A stretch of 63,707 bases of DNA, taken from contig DATKJS010000044.1 in the NCBI GenBank assembly GCA_035543515.1, positions 1 through 63,707 of the forward strand, written 5' to 3'. Numbering within the stretch: position 1 is the first letter of the stretch; every line of letters begins with the position of its first letter. The DNA is from Terriglobales bacterium. Lineage in GTDB: Bacteria > Acidobacteriota > Aminicenantia > Aminicenantales > Saccharicenantaceae. The notes under the pieces were generated by a model. It was not told the DNA's origin. It did no database searches and saw only the letters and a list, made by a program, of their open reading frames with translations. This document shows positions 35,184-45,419 of this stretch, piece by piece. Position numbers and translations under genes: made by a program.

Positions 35184-35759
35184 TCACTTCGGCTTGACCT
35201 CGTTCACCTGGATGAGGATCTTGGGCGCCGCTTCGTACTTGGTCATCTCGATCTTTCCGTCCGGAAGGACGAATCTGACGCTGGCGTCCTCGTAGAGCCG
35301 GCCGTCCCCCACGCCTTTGGTGGGAAGGTTCAGCTCGAGGACCATGAAGAAGTTCGGCCCGGTCCGGACGAACTGGGAGCCCGGGTCCCAGACCTGCCGC
35401 AACAGGACGCAGGTGAGCTTCCGGCCCTTGTCGGTGGTGACGATCTGGGCGGCGTGGATGGGGAGGTTCCAGCCGCGGCTGTCCATGAACCGGACGACGC
35501 CCTTGTTCAGCTTCTGGAAGACGGTGAGGAAGGCGTCATCGCTGGTATTCAGCGCCTGCTGCAGCAGGATGAGCTCCTCGGGCGCCGTGTACGACTGGAC
35601 CTCGATCCGCAGCGCGACGGCCGGCGGCTCGATGGGGGCCTTGCCGGTCAGCAGCCGGGCCCTGAAGACGTCCGCGGCCCGCGCCGGCACGGCCAGGGCC
35701 GCGGCGCCGGCGGCGAGGGCCAGGGCCGAGAGGGCTCGATTCCGGGACGGATGCGTCAT
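35184..35759 (-). CDS. Secreted hypothetical protein
   Basis: Signal peptide, SD GGAGGA, host-like codon bias. Confidence 0.7.
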   Translation of the reverse strand: MTHPSRNRALSALALAAGAAALAVPARAADVFRARLLTGKAPIEPPAVALRIEVQSYTAPEELILLQQALNTSDDAFLTVFQKLNKGVVRFMDSRGWNLPIHAAQIVTTDKGRKLTCVLLRQVWDPGSQFVRTGPNFFMVLELNLPTKGVGDGRLYEDASVRFVLPDGKIEMTKYEAAPKILIQVNEVKPK

Positions 35760-35929
35760 GGCGTCCTCCTCCGCGTTCGCTGTCGACTCCAGGGACGAAC
35801 ATATACCCTGAGTCGCGGGATGTCAATCTTGCGGACCGGGCGGGCGGCACGGGCAGCATATTGGTTGACCGGGCGAACTGATGTAGAATGGCGTTCATGG
35901 TTTCGGAATCACGCCACGAGGAGGGTGCC

Positions 35930-37501
35930 ATGAACTATCGATGCACGCGGCGGGCGGCGGCGGCCGTTGCCCTGGTCCTGCTGTTGGCCCTGTCGGCCGC
36001 GACGCAGGAGAAAGTCGACCTCCAGGTCCTCCAGCGGATTCGCAAGGAAGGCCTCGAGAATTCCAAGATCACAGACTTCCTAATCTACCTCTGCGACGTC
36101 TACGGGCCCCGGCTCGCCGAGAGCCCGCAGTACCGCAAAGCGGGGGAGTGGGCCGTCGGCCGGCTTAAGGAGATGGGGCTCGCCAGCGCCAAGATGGAGC
36201 CCTATGGGACTTACGGCCGGGGCTGGGAGCTCCAGAAGTTCTACGGCGCGATGACGGCCCCCCAGTATATGCCGCTCATCGCCTATCCCAAGGCCTGGAC
36301 GCCGGGGACGAACGGCCTCGTCAAGGGGAGCCCGGTCCTCCTCGACGTCAAGAAGATCGCCGACCTTGATAAGTACAAGGGCAAGCTCAGGGAGGCCATC
36401 GTCCTCATGCAGGGCGAGCAGCCGCTCGAGATCTCCTTCGACCCGGCCGCCTCCCGGCTGACGGATGACGAGTTGAAGAAGCTTTACTTCGTCCCCGACC
36501 CCGCGGCCCGTTCGCCCTTTGCCGCCCGGATGGAGGAGTTCATGGCCCGCCAGCAGCTCCAGCAGGCCGTGAGCAAGTTCCTCAAGGACGAGGGCGCGGC
36601 CGTCTGCCTCGAGCCCAGCCGCGGCAAGGACGGGACCATCTTCGTCCAGAGCGGCGGCAACCAGAGCCCGACGGCGGCGGTGCCCCTGCCCGCGGTCGTC
36701 GTCTCGGTCGAGCAGTACAACCGCATCGTGCGCATCCTTCAGAAGGACGTCCCGGTAACGCTCGAGGTCGAGGTCCAGGCCCGCTTCACCCAGGACGACC
36801 TCCAGGGCTATAACGTCGTCGCCGAGCTGCCGGGCACGGACAAGAAGCTCAAGGACGAGATCGTCATGCTCGGCGGGCACTTCGACAGCTGGCACGCCGG
36901 CACGGGCGCCACGGACAACGGCGCCGGCTGCGCCGTGGCCGTGGAGGCCGTGCGGATCCTCAAAGCCGCCGGCGTCCAGCCTCGCCGGACCATCCGCATC
37001 GGCCTCTGGGACGGCGAGGAGCAGGGCTTCATCGGCTCCCTCGGCTATATCAGGAACCATTTCTTCGACCGGGGGAAGAAGGAGAAGAAGCCCGAGTACG
37101 ACCGCCTGGCCGGGTACTTCAACTTCGACAACGGCAGCGGCAAGATCCGCGGCATCTACGCCCAGGGCAACACCGCCGTCGTGCCGATCTTCGAGCAGTG
37201 GCTGGAGCCCCTCCACGACCTCGGCGCGGCCACGGTCACCATCCGCAACACGGGCGGCACGGACCACTTGTCCTTTGACGGCATCGGCCTGCCGGGCTTC
37301 CAGTTCATCCAGGACGTGCTCGAGTATGACTCGCTGACCCATCACTCGAACATGGACGTCTTCGACCACCTTTCGCGGGGCGACCTGATGCAGGCGGCCA
37401 CGGTCATGGCCTGGTTCGTCTACAACGCCTCGATGCGGGACCAGAAGCTGCCGCGGAAGTTCTTCGACCCCAACGCCCCGGCGCCGACGCGCCGGTTCTG
37501 A
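35930..37501 (+). CDS. M28-family metallopeptidase (carboxypeptidase Q-like)
   Basis: GPRL, GHFDSW..GTGATDNGAG, WDGEEQG, TDHLSF, HHSNMD. In-frame leaderless ATG 35897 also possible. Confidence 0.92.
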   Translation: MNYRCTRRAAAAVALVLLLALSAATQEKVDLQVLQRIRKEGLENSKITDFLIYLCDVYGPRLAESPQYRKAGEWAVGRLKEMGLASAKMEPYGTYGRGWELQKFYGAMTAPQYMPLIAYPKAWTPGTNGLVKGSPVLLDVKKIADLDKYKGKLREAIVLMQGEQPLEISFDPAASRLTDDELKKLYFVPDPAARSPFAARMEEFMARQQLQQAVSKFLKDEGAAVCLEPSRGKDGTIFVQSGGNQSPTAAVPLPAVVVSVEQYNRIVRILQKDVPVTLEVEVQARFTQDDLQGYNVVAELPGTDKKLKDEIVMLGGHFDSWHAGTGATDNGAGCAVAVEAVRILKAAGVQPRRTIRIGLWDGEEQGFIGSLGYIRNHFFDRGKKEKKPEYDRLAGYFNFDNGSGKIRGIYAQGNTAVVPIFEQWLEPLHDLGAATVTIRNTGGTDHLSFDGIGLPGFQFIQDVLEYDSLTHHSNMDVFDHLSRGDLMQAATVMAWFVYNASMRDQKLPRKFFDPNAPAPTRRF

Positions 37502-37526
37502 GACTGGGGCGGGCGGCGCGGGCGTC

Positions 37527-38837
37527 TCAGGCCGGCCGGCCGGCCTGACTGAGGCGATGGCGCGAGAAGAGGAACATGTAGACCGCCTGGAGGGGCATGA
37601 AGACCCCGAGCAGGCCCATCAGGACCCCGGCCCCGCCGGCCAGGACGATCAGGCAGGCCGCCGTGGAAAAGAAGTCCCGCCGGTAGATGAAGGCCATCTT
37701 GCCGGCGATGGCGTCGACCCGGCCCAGGAGGCCGGGTCTGGCGCCGCTCGCCTCGATCTCCCTGGCGATGGCGACGATGTTGTTGCCGAGCCGCTTCCTC
37801 TTCATGTAGCGCACGAGCTGGGCGTAGAAGAGGCCCATCGACACGAGGGCCAGGCCGCCGAGCCAGAGCCAGACGACGTTCCGCGAGGCACGGTACAGCC
37901 CGACCGGCAGGCACAGGAAGAACAAGACGAAGATGAACGCGTCGCCGGTGATGTCGAGGAAGCCGCCGAATTTCGATATCCGATAGGTCAGCCGCGCGTT
38001 CTCCCCGTCGCAGCCGTCGAAGATCGAGGCGAAGTCGAAGAGGAAGGCCCCGAGCGCGGACGGGCCGTACCCGCCCTGGGCGACGAACCAGCCGCTGGCC
38101 AGCCCGATGAGGAGGGTGGCGACGCTCTGCACGGCCGGGGCGACGCCCGTCTTGAGGAAGACCCGGGTCAGGAAAAGGGAGATGCGGCGGTTGAAGTGCC
38201 GCGAGAAGAAGCCGTCGGTCGGCTTGCGGGCGGTGTTGAGCAGGCGCCGCTCCGCCGTCCGGAACGAGGCCCGGTCCGAGACTTCGAGACAGAAGCGCGC
38301 GCCCGGCCCGACCGTCCGGCCGCCTGCCGCCGGCCCCGCGGCCGCGGCCAGGATATCGGCCCCTGCCTGGAGGCCGCCCGGGGCGGCGAGCCGTTCAACG
38401 AGGACGGCGAAGCGGCCGGCGGGACAGAGAGCGAGACCGCCGTCCAGACGAAGGGGCTTGCCCTCGGCCCGGTCCTCCCCGGCGATCTCGCCGAGCAGCG
38501 CGGGGTCGAAGACGAGGTTCCCGCGGAGGAGCCAGAACGATGTCCCGGCCCATCCTCTTCCGGCCACCTCCGCCAGGCGCTCTGCCGGGATGAACTCGAG
38601 GCCGATGGCGCTCTTCACGACCCTGCGGTCCCGGCCCATCGCCGCCGTGACGGCCTCCCATCCCGACCCGTCCTCGCCAACGAGCAGGAACCGCTTGACC
38701 CCCGACTGGGCTGCCGCCAGGACGGTGCGCTGGACGAGCGTCAGTCCGAGCAGCCGCCGGAGAGGGGAGCCCGCCGGACGGGGCTTCTCCTCCGCCCGGC
38801 CCGGGAGCAGGATGATGGCCCGCTCGACGGCGCTCAC
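37527..38837 (-). CDS. CDP-alcohol phosphotransferase (DIPPS-like) with degenerate N-terminal NTP-transferase domain
   Basis: KPTDGFFSRHFNRRIS; DxxDGxxAR...GxxxDxxxD motif (DGCDGENARLTYRISKFGGFLDITGD). GTG start 38837 overlaps the upstream stop. Confidence 0.85.
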   Translation of the reverse strand: MSAVERAIILLPGRAEEKPRPAGSPLRRLLGLTLVQRTVLAAAQSGVKRFLLVGEDGSGWEAVTAAMGRDRRVVKSAIGLEFIPAERLAEVAGRGWAGTSFWLLRGNLVFDPALLGEIAGEDRAEGKPLRLDGGLALCPAGRFAVLVERLAAPGGLQAGADILAAAAGPAAGGRTVGPGARFCLEVSDRASFRTAERRLLNTARKPTDGFFSRHFNRRISLFLTRVFLKTGVAPAVQSVATLLIGLASGWFVAQGGYGPSALGAFLFDFASIFDGCDGENARLTYRISKFGGFLDITGDAFIFVLFFLCLPVGLYRASRNVVWLWLGGLALVSMGLFYAQLVRYMKRKRLGNNIVAIAREIEASGARPGLLGRVDAIAGKMAFIYRRDFFSTAACLIVLAGGAGVLMGLLGVFMPLQAVYMFLFSRHRLSQAGRPA

Positions 38838-39844
38838 GAGGACCCCGGCTCCGCGGACTTCCTCTTCTCCAGGGCAAAGAGCAGGAGCCCCAGCCCGGCG
38901 AAGATGAGGGTCCGGATGCGGCGGATGATGGACAGGCTGAGCCCCACGCCGGCCGGGAAGCCCAGGCTGCGGATGACCAGGATGCTGATGCCCTCCATGA
39001 CGCCCCACTGTCCGGGCAGGACGAAGAAGACCGTGTTGCCGACCGTGATGACTGTCGAAACGAGCAGGGCCTGGATGAAACTGAGGGGAGCCTTGAGCAC
39101 GGCCATGATGATCATGACCTCGGCAACCCCGGCCAGACGGCTGAGGACGTTCAGCCCGATGGGGATGAGGGCCCTGGTGTTCGAGCGGGAGTAGAGGAGG
39201 CTCAGCGTTTCGTCGAGGGTTCGGAACTGGGTCTCGTTCCTCGCTGCCCAGGCCTTGCCCCCAGGGATGAAGCGGCCGACCGTCATCAGCGCCTTGGTGA
39301 CCCCGGTCTTCTGGACGAAGATGAGGAAGAAAGTGCAGGCCGCCGTGATGGCGAGGCTGATAACGACCGGGATGATCAAGCTCTTCGGCAGGCGGAGGGT
39401 CAGGAGCCCCAGGACGAACCCGGAGATCATGAAGATCAGGGAGGCGACGAATTCGATGGTCTTGTCGAAAAGGACGCTCGGTATGCCGTCCTTGAGGGGG
39501 ATATGCTCCCGGATCATGAAGGCCCGCATGGCATCGCCGCCCAGGCTGGCCGAGGGCAGGACGAGGTTGAAGGCGGAGCTGATGATCTTGATCCGGAAGA
39601 GGGCCCAGAACGGCACGGGCTGGAAGAAGGATCTCAGGATGATCCACCAGGAGGCGGCCTGCAGGAGAAAGAAGGTCGCCCCGAGAGAGCAGGTCACGAG
39701 GAACCAGGGTCCGAAGCTGGCCAGGTTCGAGCCGATCGTCTTGAGCCCGGTCCGGCGGAGGAGGTAGACGAAGAGGACGACGCCGATGAGGGTCAGGAGG
39801 ACTTTGACCCAGTCACGGACGGTTCTAAGCCCGAAGACTTTCAT
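38834..39844 (-). CDS. Lysylphosphatidylglycerol-synthase TM/flippase-like protein (UPF0104)
   Basis: Multi-TM; NLVLPSASLGGDAMRA, DKTIE, PGQWGVMEG, IRRIR. ATG 39844 overlaps the upstream stop. Confidence 0.85.
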   Translation of the reverse strand: MKVFGLRTVRDWVKVLLTLIGVVLFVYLLRRTGLKTIGSNLASFGPWFLVTCSLGATFFLLQAASWWIILRSFFQPVPFWALFRIKIISSAFNLVLPSASLGGDAMRAFMIREHIPLKDGIPSVLFDKTIEFVASLIFMISGFVLGLLTLRLPKSLIIPVVISLAITAACTFFLIFVQKTGVTKALMTVGRFIPGGKAWAARNETQFRTLDETLSLLYSRSNTRALIPIGLNVLSRLAGVAEVMIIMAVLKAPLSFIQALLVSTVITVGNTVFFVLPGQWGVMEGISILVIRSLGFPAGVGLSLSIIRRIRTLIFAGLGLLLFALEKRKSAEPGSS

Positions 39845-40602
39845 CGCCCGCCGCTTCCGGGCAGCGCCGGCCCGGCCAGCAATGGCGCCGGCCGGGCGGC
39901 CAGCAGGCGCTCCGCCCGCCCCACCGCCCCCTCGTCGTCGACGTCGATCCAGAATGCGTCGCCGATGTCCACGGCCCGCGCCCTGCGGGCCTCCATGAGC
40001 ACCCGGATGCCGCCCGACAGGCTGAAATCGCCGCGCCGCTGGCTCTCCTCGAGGGCCGGGAAGATTCCCGGCGAGCAGAGGAAGACGCCGGTGTCGAAGG
40101 CATTGTAGGTTCCGATCATCTTCCCGATTCCCTCGATCAACCCGTCCCTGACCAGGACCTTCGTCACGTCGTCGAGGTCGGCCGTCGGATGGTCGCTGAG
40201 GCGAAGGTCGACGGCGAGCATGATCTCGTCCGCTCCGAGGCGCTGGCCGGCGATCCGCTCGACGAGCCGCGGCTCGACGATATGGTCGGACATCATCAGG
40301 ACGAAGGCGCCGTGGAGGCGCTCGCGGGCCTTGTGGACGGACAGCCCGTTCTCCTTCTCCCATTCGTCGTTGGCGACGCAGGCGATGGAGACGCGGTTCT
40401 CCCGGCCGAAGCCCTCGAGATGGCGCTCGAGCGTCTCACGGGCGTAGCCGGTCACGACCACGAACTCCCGCAGGCCCGCCTCGAGCCCGGCCAGGAGGAC
40501 CCAGTCGACGAGGGGCCTCCCCCCGACGGGAAGGAGCGGCTTGCTCTGGGGCCGGCCGGCGAGCCGGCTGCCGCGGCCCGCCGCGATGATCAGGCCTTGC
40601 AC
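39841..40602 (-). CDS. Phosphosugar cytidylyltransferase, IPCT/LicC-like
   Basis: AAGRGSRL, KPLL, EWEKENGLS, MSDH, DDVTKV, YNAFDTG, WIDVD. Confidence 0.85.
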   Translation of the reverse strand: MQGLIIAAGRGSRLAGRPQSKPLLPVGGRPLVDWVLLAGLEAGLREFVVVTGYARETLERHLEGFGRENRVSIACVANDEWEKENGLSVHKARERLHGAFVLMMSDHIVEPRLVERIAGQRLGADEIMLAVDLRLSDHPTADLDDVTKVLVRDGLIEGIGKMIGTYNAFDTGVFLCSPGIFPALEESQRRGDFSLSGGIRVLMEARRARAVDIGDAFWIDVDDEGAVGRAERLLAARPAPLLAGPALPGSGGR

Positions 40603-40797
40603 GATCCTCTTCTCCTGTTCTATGGCGGCGCCGGTCCGCCCGGCGGCCGGAGCCGGCCGCGGACGCGTCCGCCTAAGCCGGCTATTATAGTCCCAAAGCC
40701 CCGGAGGCTCAAGGCATCCAGGCCGGCTGGACTTCCCCCGCCGCGGGCCCTATAATAGCGCGGAAGGCGCAAGGACCTCCGGCGAACGAAGCGCGAC

Positions 40798-41964
40798 GTG
40801 ACGACCGATCCCCGAATGCTCGTGGCCCAGGTCGGCCCCTATCCGCCCGAGAAGAACGGTATTGGCGACTATGTCGCCGACCTCGCCGCCGCTCTCCGGG
40901 AGCGGGACCCGGGCGTCGAGACGCTCGTCCTGACCTGCCGCACCCCAGGCGCGCCCGAGCGCGAGCCAGGCGTCTGGCGGTGCTGGGAGCCGCGCTCCGA
41001 CTGGCCGGGCCGCCTCCTGGCCGCGGTCGACGAGACCCGCCCCCGGGTCGTCCATGTCCAGCACGGGATGTACATGGGCCATGACGCCCGGCTGCCGCGG
41101 TTCCTCGACGGGCTGAAGGCCAGGGGGATCGCCGGGGTGGTCACGCTCCATGGCGTCTGGCCGACCTCCCCGGTCCGCTTTTGGCCACGCCGCTTCCACC
41201 GGGCTTTGGGGCGAGCCGCCGGCCGGATCGTCATCCACCAGCGCGCCGGCTCGATGGATGTCCTCATGGCCCACGGCGTCCCGGCCGGTCGCGTCGCCGT
41301 CATCCCCCACTGGACGAGGCCCGCCCCGGCCGTTGACCGCGGCCCGTCCCGCCAAGCGCTCGGGCTGGGGGACGGTCCCCTGGCGCTTTTTGCCGGGCTC
41401 ATCTTCCGACGCAAGGGGCTCCACATCGCCGTCCGCGCCTTCGACGCGGTGGCCCGTGAGGTTCCCGGAGCCCGCCTCCTGGCCGTCGGCCGGGTGCGCA
41501 TGGCCAGCCCTATCGACTGGGCCTACCGGGCTTGGCTCGACCGGCTGACGGGACCGGGCCGGCGCGCCGGATGGCTCGACTTCCGGCCCGGGCACGTCTC
41601 CGAGGCCGACCTCTCGACGGCCATCGCCGCCGCGGACGCGGTCGTCTTTCCCTACCTCCGTCCCTACGGGTCGTCGAGCGGCATGCTCCACCGGGTCCTG
41701 GCCGCCGGGCGGCCCGTCATCTGCACTGACGTGCCCACGTTCGCCGAGGCCATCGACGCTTGGGGCCGAGAGCTGCCCGAGCTCGTTGTCCGGCCGGGGG
41801 ACGTCGGCGCCCTGGGGCGGGCCCTGTCGAATGTCCTTGGCAGTGATGGCCTGCGGGCGCGGGCGGCCGAAGCATCAGCCCGGCTGGGGGATGCGTTCCC
41901 CCTGGCCGCGGCGGCTGAGGCGTACCTGAAACTCTACCGGGAGCTCCTGGGGGGAGCCGCGTGA
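40798..41964 (+). CDS. GT4-family glycosyltransferase
   Basis: GIGDY, VHVQH, TLHG, RRKGL, VFPY...SSGML..VLAAGRPVI.TDV. Confidence 0.88.
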   Translation: MTTDPRMLVAQVGPYPPEKNGIGDYVADLAAALRERDPGVETLVLTCRTPGAPEREPGVWRCWEPRSDWPGRLLAAVDETRPRVVHVQHGMYMGHDARLPRFLDGLKARGIAGVVTLHGVWPTSPVRFWPRRFHRALGRAAGRIVIHQRAGSMDVLMAHGVPAGRVAVIPHWTRPAPAVDRGPSRQALGLGDGPLALFAGLIFRRKGLHIAVRAFDAVAREVPGARLLAVGRVRMASPIDWAYRAWLDRLTGPGRRAGWLDFRPGHVSEADLSTAIAAADAVVFPYLRPYGSSSGMLHRVLAAGRPVICTDVPTFAEAIDAWGRELPELVVRPGDVGALGRALSNVLGSDGLRARAAEASARLGDAFPLAAAAEAYLKLYRELLGGAA

Positions 41965-42932
41965 ACCCGCCGGACGCGGCCGGGAAAGGACCGGGCCCCG
42001 ATGGCGTCAGGGGCGGCCCGACGGCCGGTGCGGACCCGCGCCCTTACCGGGAAAAGATCGTCGGCGAGATCTGTTACGCCCTCGGATTCTCGCGGACCGG
42101 GATCATGCGCCGGCTCCTGTCGCCCGTCGTCAGGGTCCCGGCCCGGCGCTTCGCCGCGGTCGCGGCCCGCGCCGACGCCGCCGTAGCCTCGGGCGGCATC
42201 AGCGGCGCCGCCAGGGCCATTCTGCCCGAGCTCTCCCTCTGGCCGGCCTCGCGCGGCGCGGCGGACATCCCGCGGCAAGGGCCGCTCCTCGTCCTCTCGA
42301 ATCACCCGGGCGGCTACGATTCGGTGGGCATCCTCTCCTGCCTTCCCCGGCCGGACGTCAAGGTCCTCATCACGGACGCCGGCTTCACCCGGACCTTCGT
42401 CGCCGCCAGCCGCTATTTCATCTATGTCCCCAAGGATGACGCCGGGCGGGGCAGGGCCCTGCGCGAGGCGGTCGGGCACCTCCGGAGCGGCGGGGCCGTT
42501 CTCGTGTTCGCGCACCAGGAGGTCGAGCCGGACCCCGAGATGGCTCCGGGCGCGTGGGAGGCGCTCGGCGAGTGGTCGCGGAGCATCGAGCTCATGCTGC
42601 GCCGCGTCCCGGCGGCCCGGGTCCAGGTGGTCATCGCGAGCGGCGTCGTCATGCGCAAGTTCCTGCGCCATCCGCTCGTCAAGGTCCGCAGATCTCCCGC
42701 CCGCCGTCAGAAGCTGGCCGAGGTCCTTCAGATCCTCTGGCAGATGCTCTCCCCCCGGACGGTGCGGACGGACGTCCACATCTCCTTCGCCGGAGCGGTG
42801 CGGGGGGACGAGCTGGGGCCCGGCGACCGGACGGCCGCCGTGGTCGCCATCGCGCGCCGGCTCCTCGGGGAACACATGGCGGTGCTCGCTGGCGGGTTCG
42901 GGAGCAGGCGGCCCACGTCGGCTAGTTCTTGA
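41961..42932 (+). CDS. PlsC/LPLAT-superfamily acyltransferase
   Basis: GPLLVLSNHPGGYD (HxxxxD), GGAVLVFA..EVEP. GTG start overlapping the GT4 stop. Confidence 0.75.
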   Translation: MNPPDAAGKGPGPDGVRGGPTAGADPRPYREKIVGEICYALGFSRTGIMRRLLSPVVRVPARRFAAVAARADAAVASGGISGAARAILPELSLWPASRGAADIPRQGPLLVLSNHPGGYDSVGILSCLPRPDVKVLITDAGFTRTFVAASRYFIYVPKDDAGRGRALREAVGHLRSGGAVLVFAHQEVEPDPEMAPGAWEALGEWSRSIELMLRRVPAARVQVVIASGVVMRKFLRHPLVKVRRSPARRQKLAEVLQILWQMLSPRTVRTDVHISFAGAVRGDELGPGDRTAAVVAIARRLLGEHMAVLAGGFGSRRPTSASS

Positions 42933-44388
42933 CCTGGGTCAGGACGACCTCCACGCGCCGGTTCTTGGCCCGGTTGGCCTCCGTATCGTTCGGCGCCACC
43001 GGATTGGCCGGCCCGAACCCCTGGTATCTCATCCGGCTCTCGGCGATCCCCTGGCCCTTCAGAAAATCGTAGACCGACCGGGCCCGCTCAGAGGAAAGGC
43101 TCATGTTGAACTCCTCCGTGCCGGTCGAATCCGTATAGCCCTCGATGCTCAGGTTCATGTTCTGGAAGACCATGAGGATCCCGGCGAGCTTGGCCACGGT
43201 CAGCTGGGAGGCGAACGGGAGCGTTGCCTTGTTCACGTCGAAGAGGATGCCCGGGAGGCTGACGATGACGCCGCGGGCCGTTTCGTTCGTCTCGGCCACG
43301 CTCGAGAGGGCGTTGCGGAGCGTCCTTGCCAGGTCGTCGCGCTCCCTGCGGATGGACTCGCGCTCGGCGGCCACGGCGTCCCTCTCCCCGGCGACCTTAT
43401 CGCGCTCGGCCGCGATCATCTCCTTCTCGGCCGCCAGCTTGTCACGCTGTTGCATGAGGTCCTTGGATTCGACGGCCAGGGCCTCGCGCTGGGCCTCGAC
43501 CTCCTTGAGCTCGCGGGCGACGCGCTGGGCCTCGGTTTCGGCCGCGGCGGCGCGCTGCTCGAGGGCGGCTTTCTCCGCCAGGCGCTTGGCCTCGGCCTCG
43601 GCCGCCGCCCTCGCTTCGTCGGCCTTGACCTTGTCACCGATGGCCTGGGAGGCGAGCTGGACGGCGATCCGCGAGAAATCCGTGATCTCCTTCTTGTTCC
43701 CCTTGGCCTTGAAGAGGTTGTCGGCGCTGGTGAAGGCGTTGGCCGCATTCTTCATGGCCGTCGGATTGACCTCGGCCGCGTTCATCTTCGTGGCCGCCTC
43801 GATGACCTTCTGGGCCTGCCTATAGGCGACGGGCGTATCGTCCGCGTACTGGAAGCCGGCGATGCTGTCCAGCGCCGGCTTGGCCCCCGTCTGGAAATCG
43901 TTGAAGGTGAACGGAGTCGTCTTGACCCCGGCCGTCAGGACCTCGCCCGAAGTGAAGAGGACGAGCTCGGTCGGCTTGCGGACCGCGGTGTAGGGCTCGG
44001 CCGTGACCATCAGGGCGAAGACCCTCTTGCTCGTATAGTACTGCAGGCTGCCGGAGGCGTTCTTGCGGTCGACCGGGACCTCGCCCAAGTTGTCGGCCGT
44101 GCCGTCGATGGCCACGGACCAGAGGACATAGGACGAGATGTCGCCCGCGAAAAGCAGGGCCGGCTCCATCTTGTCGAAGCTCAGGGCGATCGACGTCTGG
44201 GCCTTGTCGAAGAGGAGCGTCGCCGTCATTGTCGCCTTGGCCGGCGCCCGGCCCGTGCGCGAGAAATTGACGCCGATGGTCTTCCCGCTGGGCAGGGTCA
44301 GGGCTTTCATCTGGACCTCAGCCGCCGCGAGGACGCCCGAGACGAGGAAGAGCGCCAGGACCAAGAGGACCTGTCTTTTCAGGGACAT
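42922..44388 (-). CDS. OmpA-family protein with N-terminal beta domain and long coiled coil
   Basis: C-terminal ILFDVNKA, IEGYTDSTG..FN..LS..RA..V..FL, NRAKNRRVE; AER-rich heptads. Start ATG 44388. Confidence 0.9.
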   Translation of the reverse strand: MSLKRQVLLVLALFLVSGVLAAAEVQMKALTLPSGKTIGVNFSRTGRAPAKATMTATLLFDKAQTSIALSFDKMEPALLFAGDISSYVLWSVAIDGTADNLGEVPVDRKNASGSLQYYTSKRVFALMVTAEPYTAVRKPTELVLFTSGEVLTAGVKTTPFTFNDFQTGAKPALDSIAGFQYADDTPVAYRQAQKVIEAATKMNAAEVNPTAMKNAANAFTSADNLFKAKGNKKEITDFSRIAVQLASQAIGDKVKADEARAAAEAEAKRLAEKAALEQRAAAAETEAQRVARELKEVEAQREALAVESKDLMQQRDKLAAEKEMIAAERDKVAGERDAVAAERESIRRERDDLARTLRNALSSVAETNETARGVIVSLPGILFDVNKATLPFASQLTVAKLAGILMVFQNMNLSIEGYTDSTGTEEFNMSLSSERARSVYDFLKGQGIAESRMRYQGFGPANPVAPNDTEANRAKNRRVEVVLTQVKN

Positions 44389-44523
44389 GCCTTCACCTCC
44401 GGAGGGAGATTCGGAAGACTCCGCCACATTCACTTTCCGAGCGGAAGGATAGCACCGGAGGGGAGGGGAGTCAATCGGCCGCGGTCCTTGAAGGCGCCCT
44501 CCGTTCTCGTGTAACATCTCCTC

Positions 44524-45408
44524 GTGGCCTGGCTCGAGGAAGACTACCGCCGCAGCGTTGCCGATGTGACGCGGCCGAGGACCCTGCCGGGGACGGCCGT
44601 CGAGGTCGTCCGCGAGGTCGCCCCGGGCACGGCCTTCCGCCACGTCCTGTTCGATTTCGACGGCACGCTCAGCCTCATCCGAGAGGGCTGGCCCGAGGTC
44701 ATGGTCGGCATGATGGCGGAAGAGATCCTGGCCACGGGCACGCGGGAGACGCCCGACGAGGTCGCCCGCGCCTGCCGCGCCTTCGTGGCCGAGCTCACCG
44801 GCAAGCAGACGATCTACCAGATGATCCGCCTGGCCGAGGAGGTCCGCCGGCGGGGCGGCCGGCCGCGCGACCCCCTCTCGTACAAGGAAGAATACCACGG
44901 CCGCCTGATGGGGCGGATCGCGGCAAGGCGCGACGCCCTCCGCTCCGGCGCGGCCCGGCCGGAGCAGCATCTCGTGCCCGGCGCGCTGGCCGTGCTGGCC
45001 GCGCTGAGGGACCGGGGCCTGCCGATGTGCTTGGCCAGCGGGACCGACATGAAGTACGTCGTCGAGGAGGCTGGCCTGCTCGGGCTGACGCCGTTCTTCG
45101 GCGACCGCATCTACGGCGCCATCGACGATTACAGGAACTATTCAAAGCGGATGGTCATCGAGCGCATCCTCGGCGAGAACCGCGTGGATGGGGCGTCGCT
45201 CCTCGGCTTCGGCGACGGCTACGTCGAGGTCGCGAATGTCAAGGCAGCGGGCGGCGTCGCAGTGGCCGTGGCCAGCGACGAGGCCGGCCGGACGGGCCGC
45301 ACCGACCCCTGGAAGCGCGAGCGGCTCATCGGCGTCGGGGCCGACCTCGTCATTCCCGATTACCGCGACGGTGAAGCGCTCCTGGGCTATCTCTTCGGGC
45401 GGGGGTAG
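44524..45408 (+). CDS. HAD-superfamily hydrolase
   Basis: FDFDGTLS motif I, LASGTD, K..V, GFGDGYVE. GTG lies 6 nt after a TAACAT -10 (leaderless candidate). Confidence 0.85.
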   Translation: MAWLEEDYRRSVADVTRPRTLPGTAVEVVREVAPGTAFRHVLFDFDGTLSLIREGWPEVMVGMMAEEILATGTRETPDEVARACRAFVAELTGKQTIYQMIRLAEEVRRRGGRPRDPLSYKEEYHGRLMGRIAARRDALRSGAARPEQHLVPGALAVLAALRDRGLPMCLASGTDMKYVVEEAGLLGLTPFFGDRIYGAIDDYRNYSKRMVIERILGENRVDGASLLGFGDGYVEVANVKAAGGVAVAVASDEAGRTGRTDPWKRERLIGVGADLVIPDYRDGEALLGYLFGRG

Positions 45409-45419
45409 GGAGGCGGACC

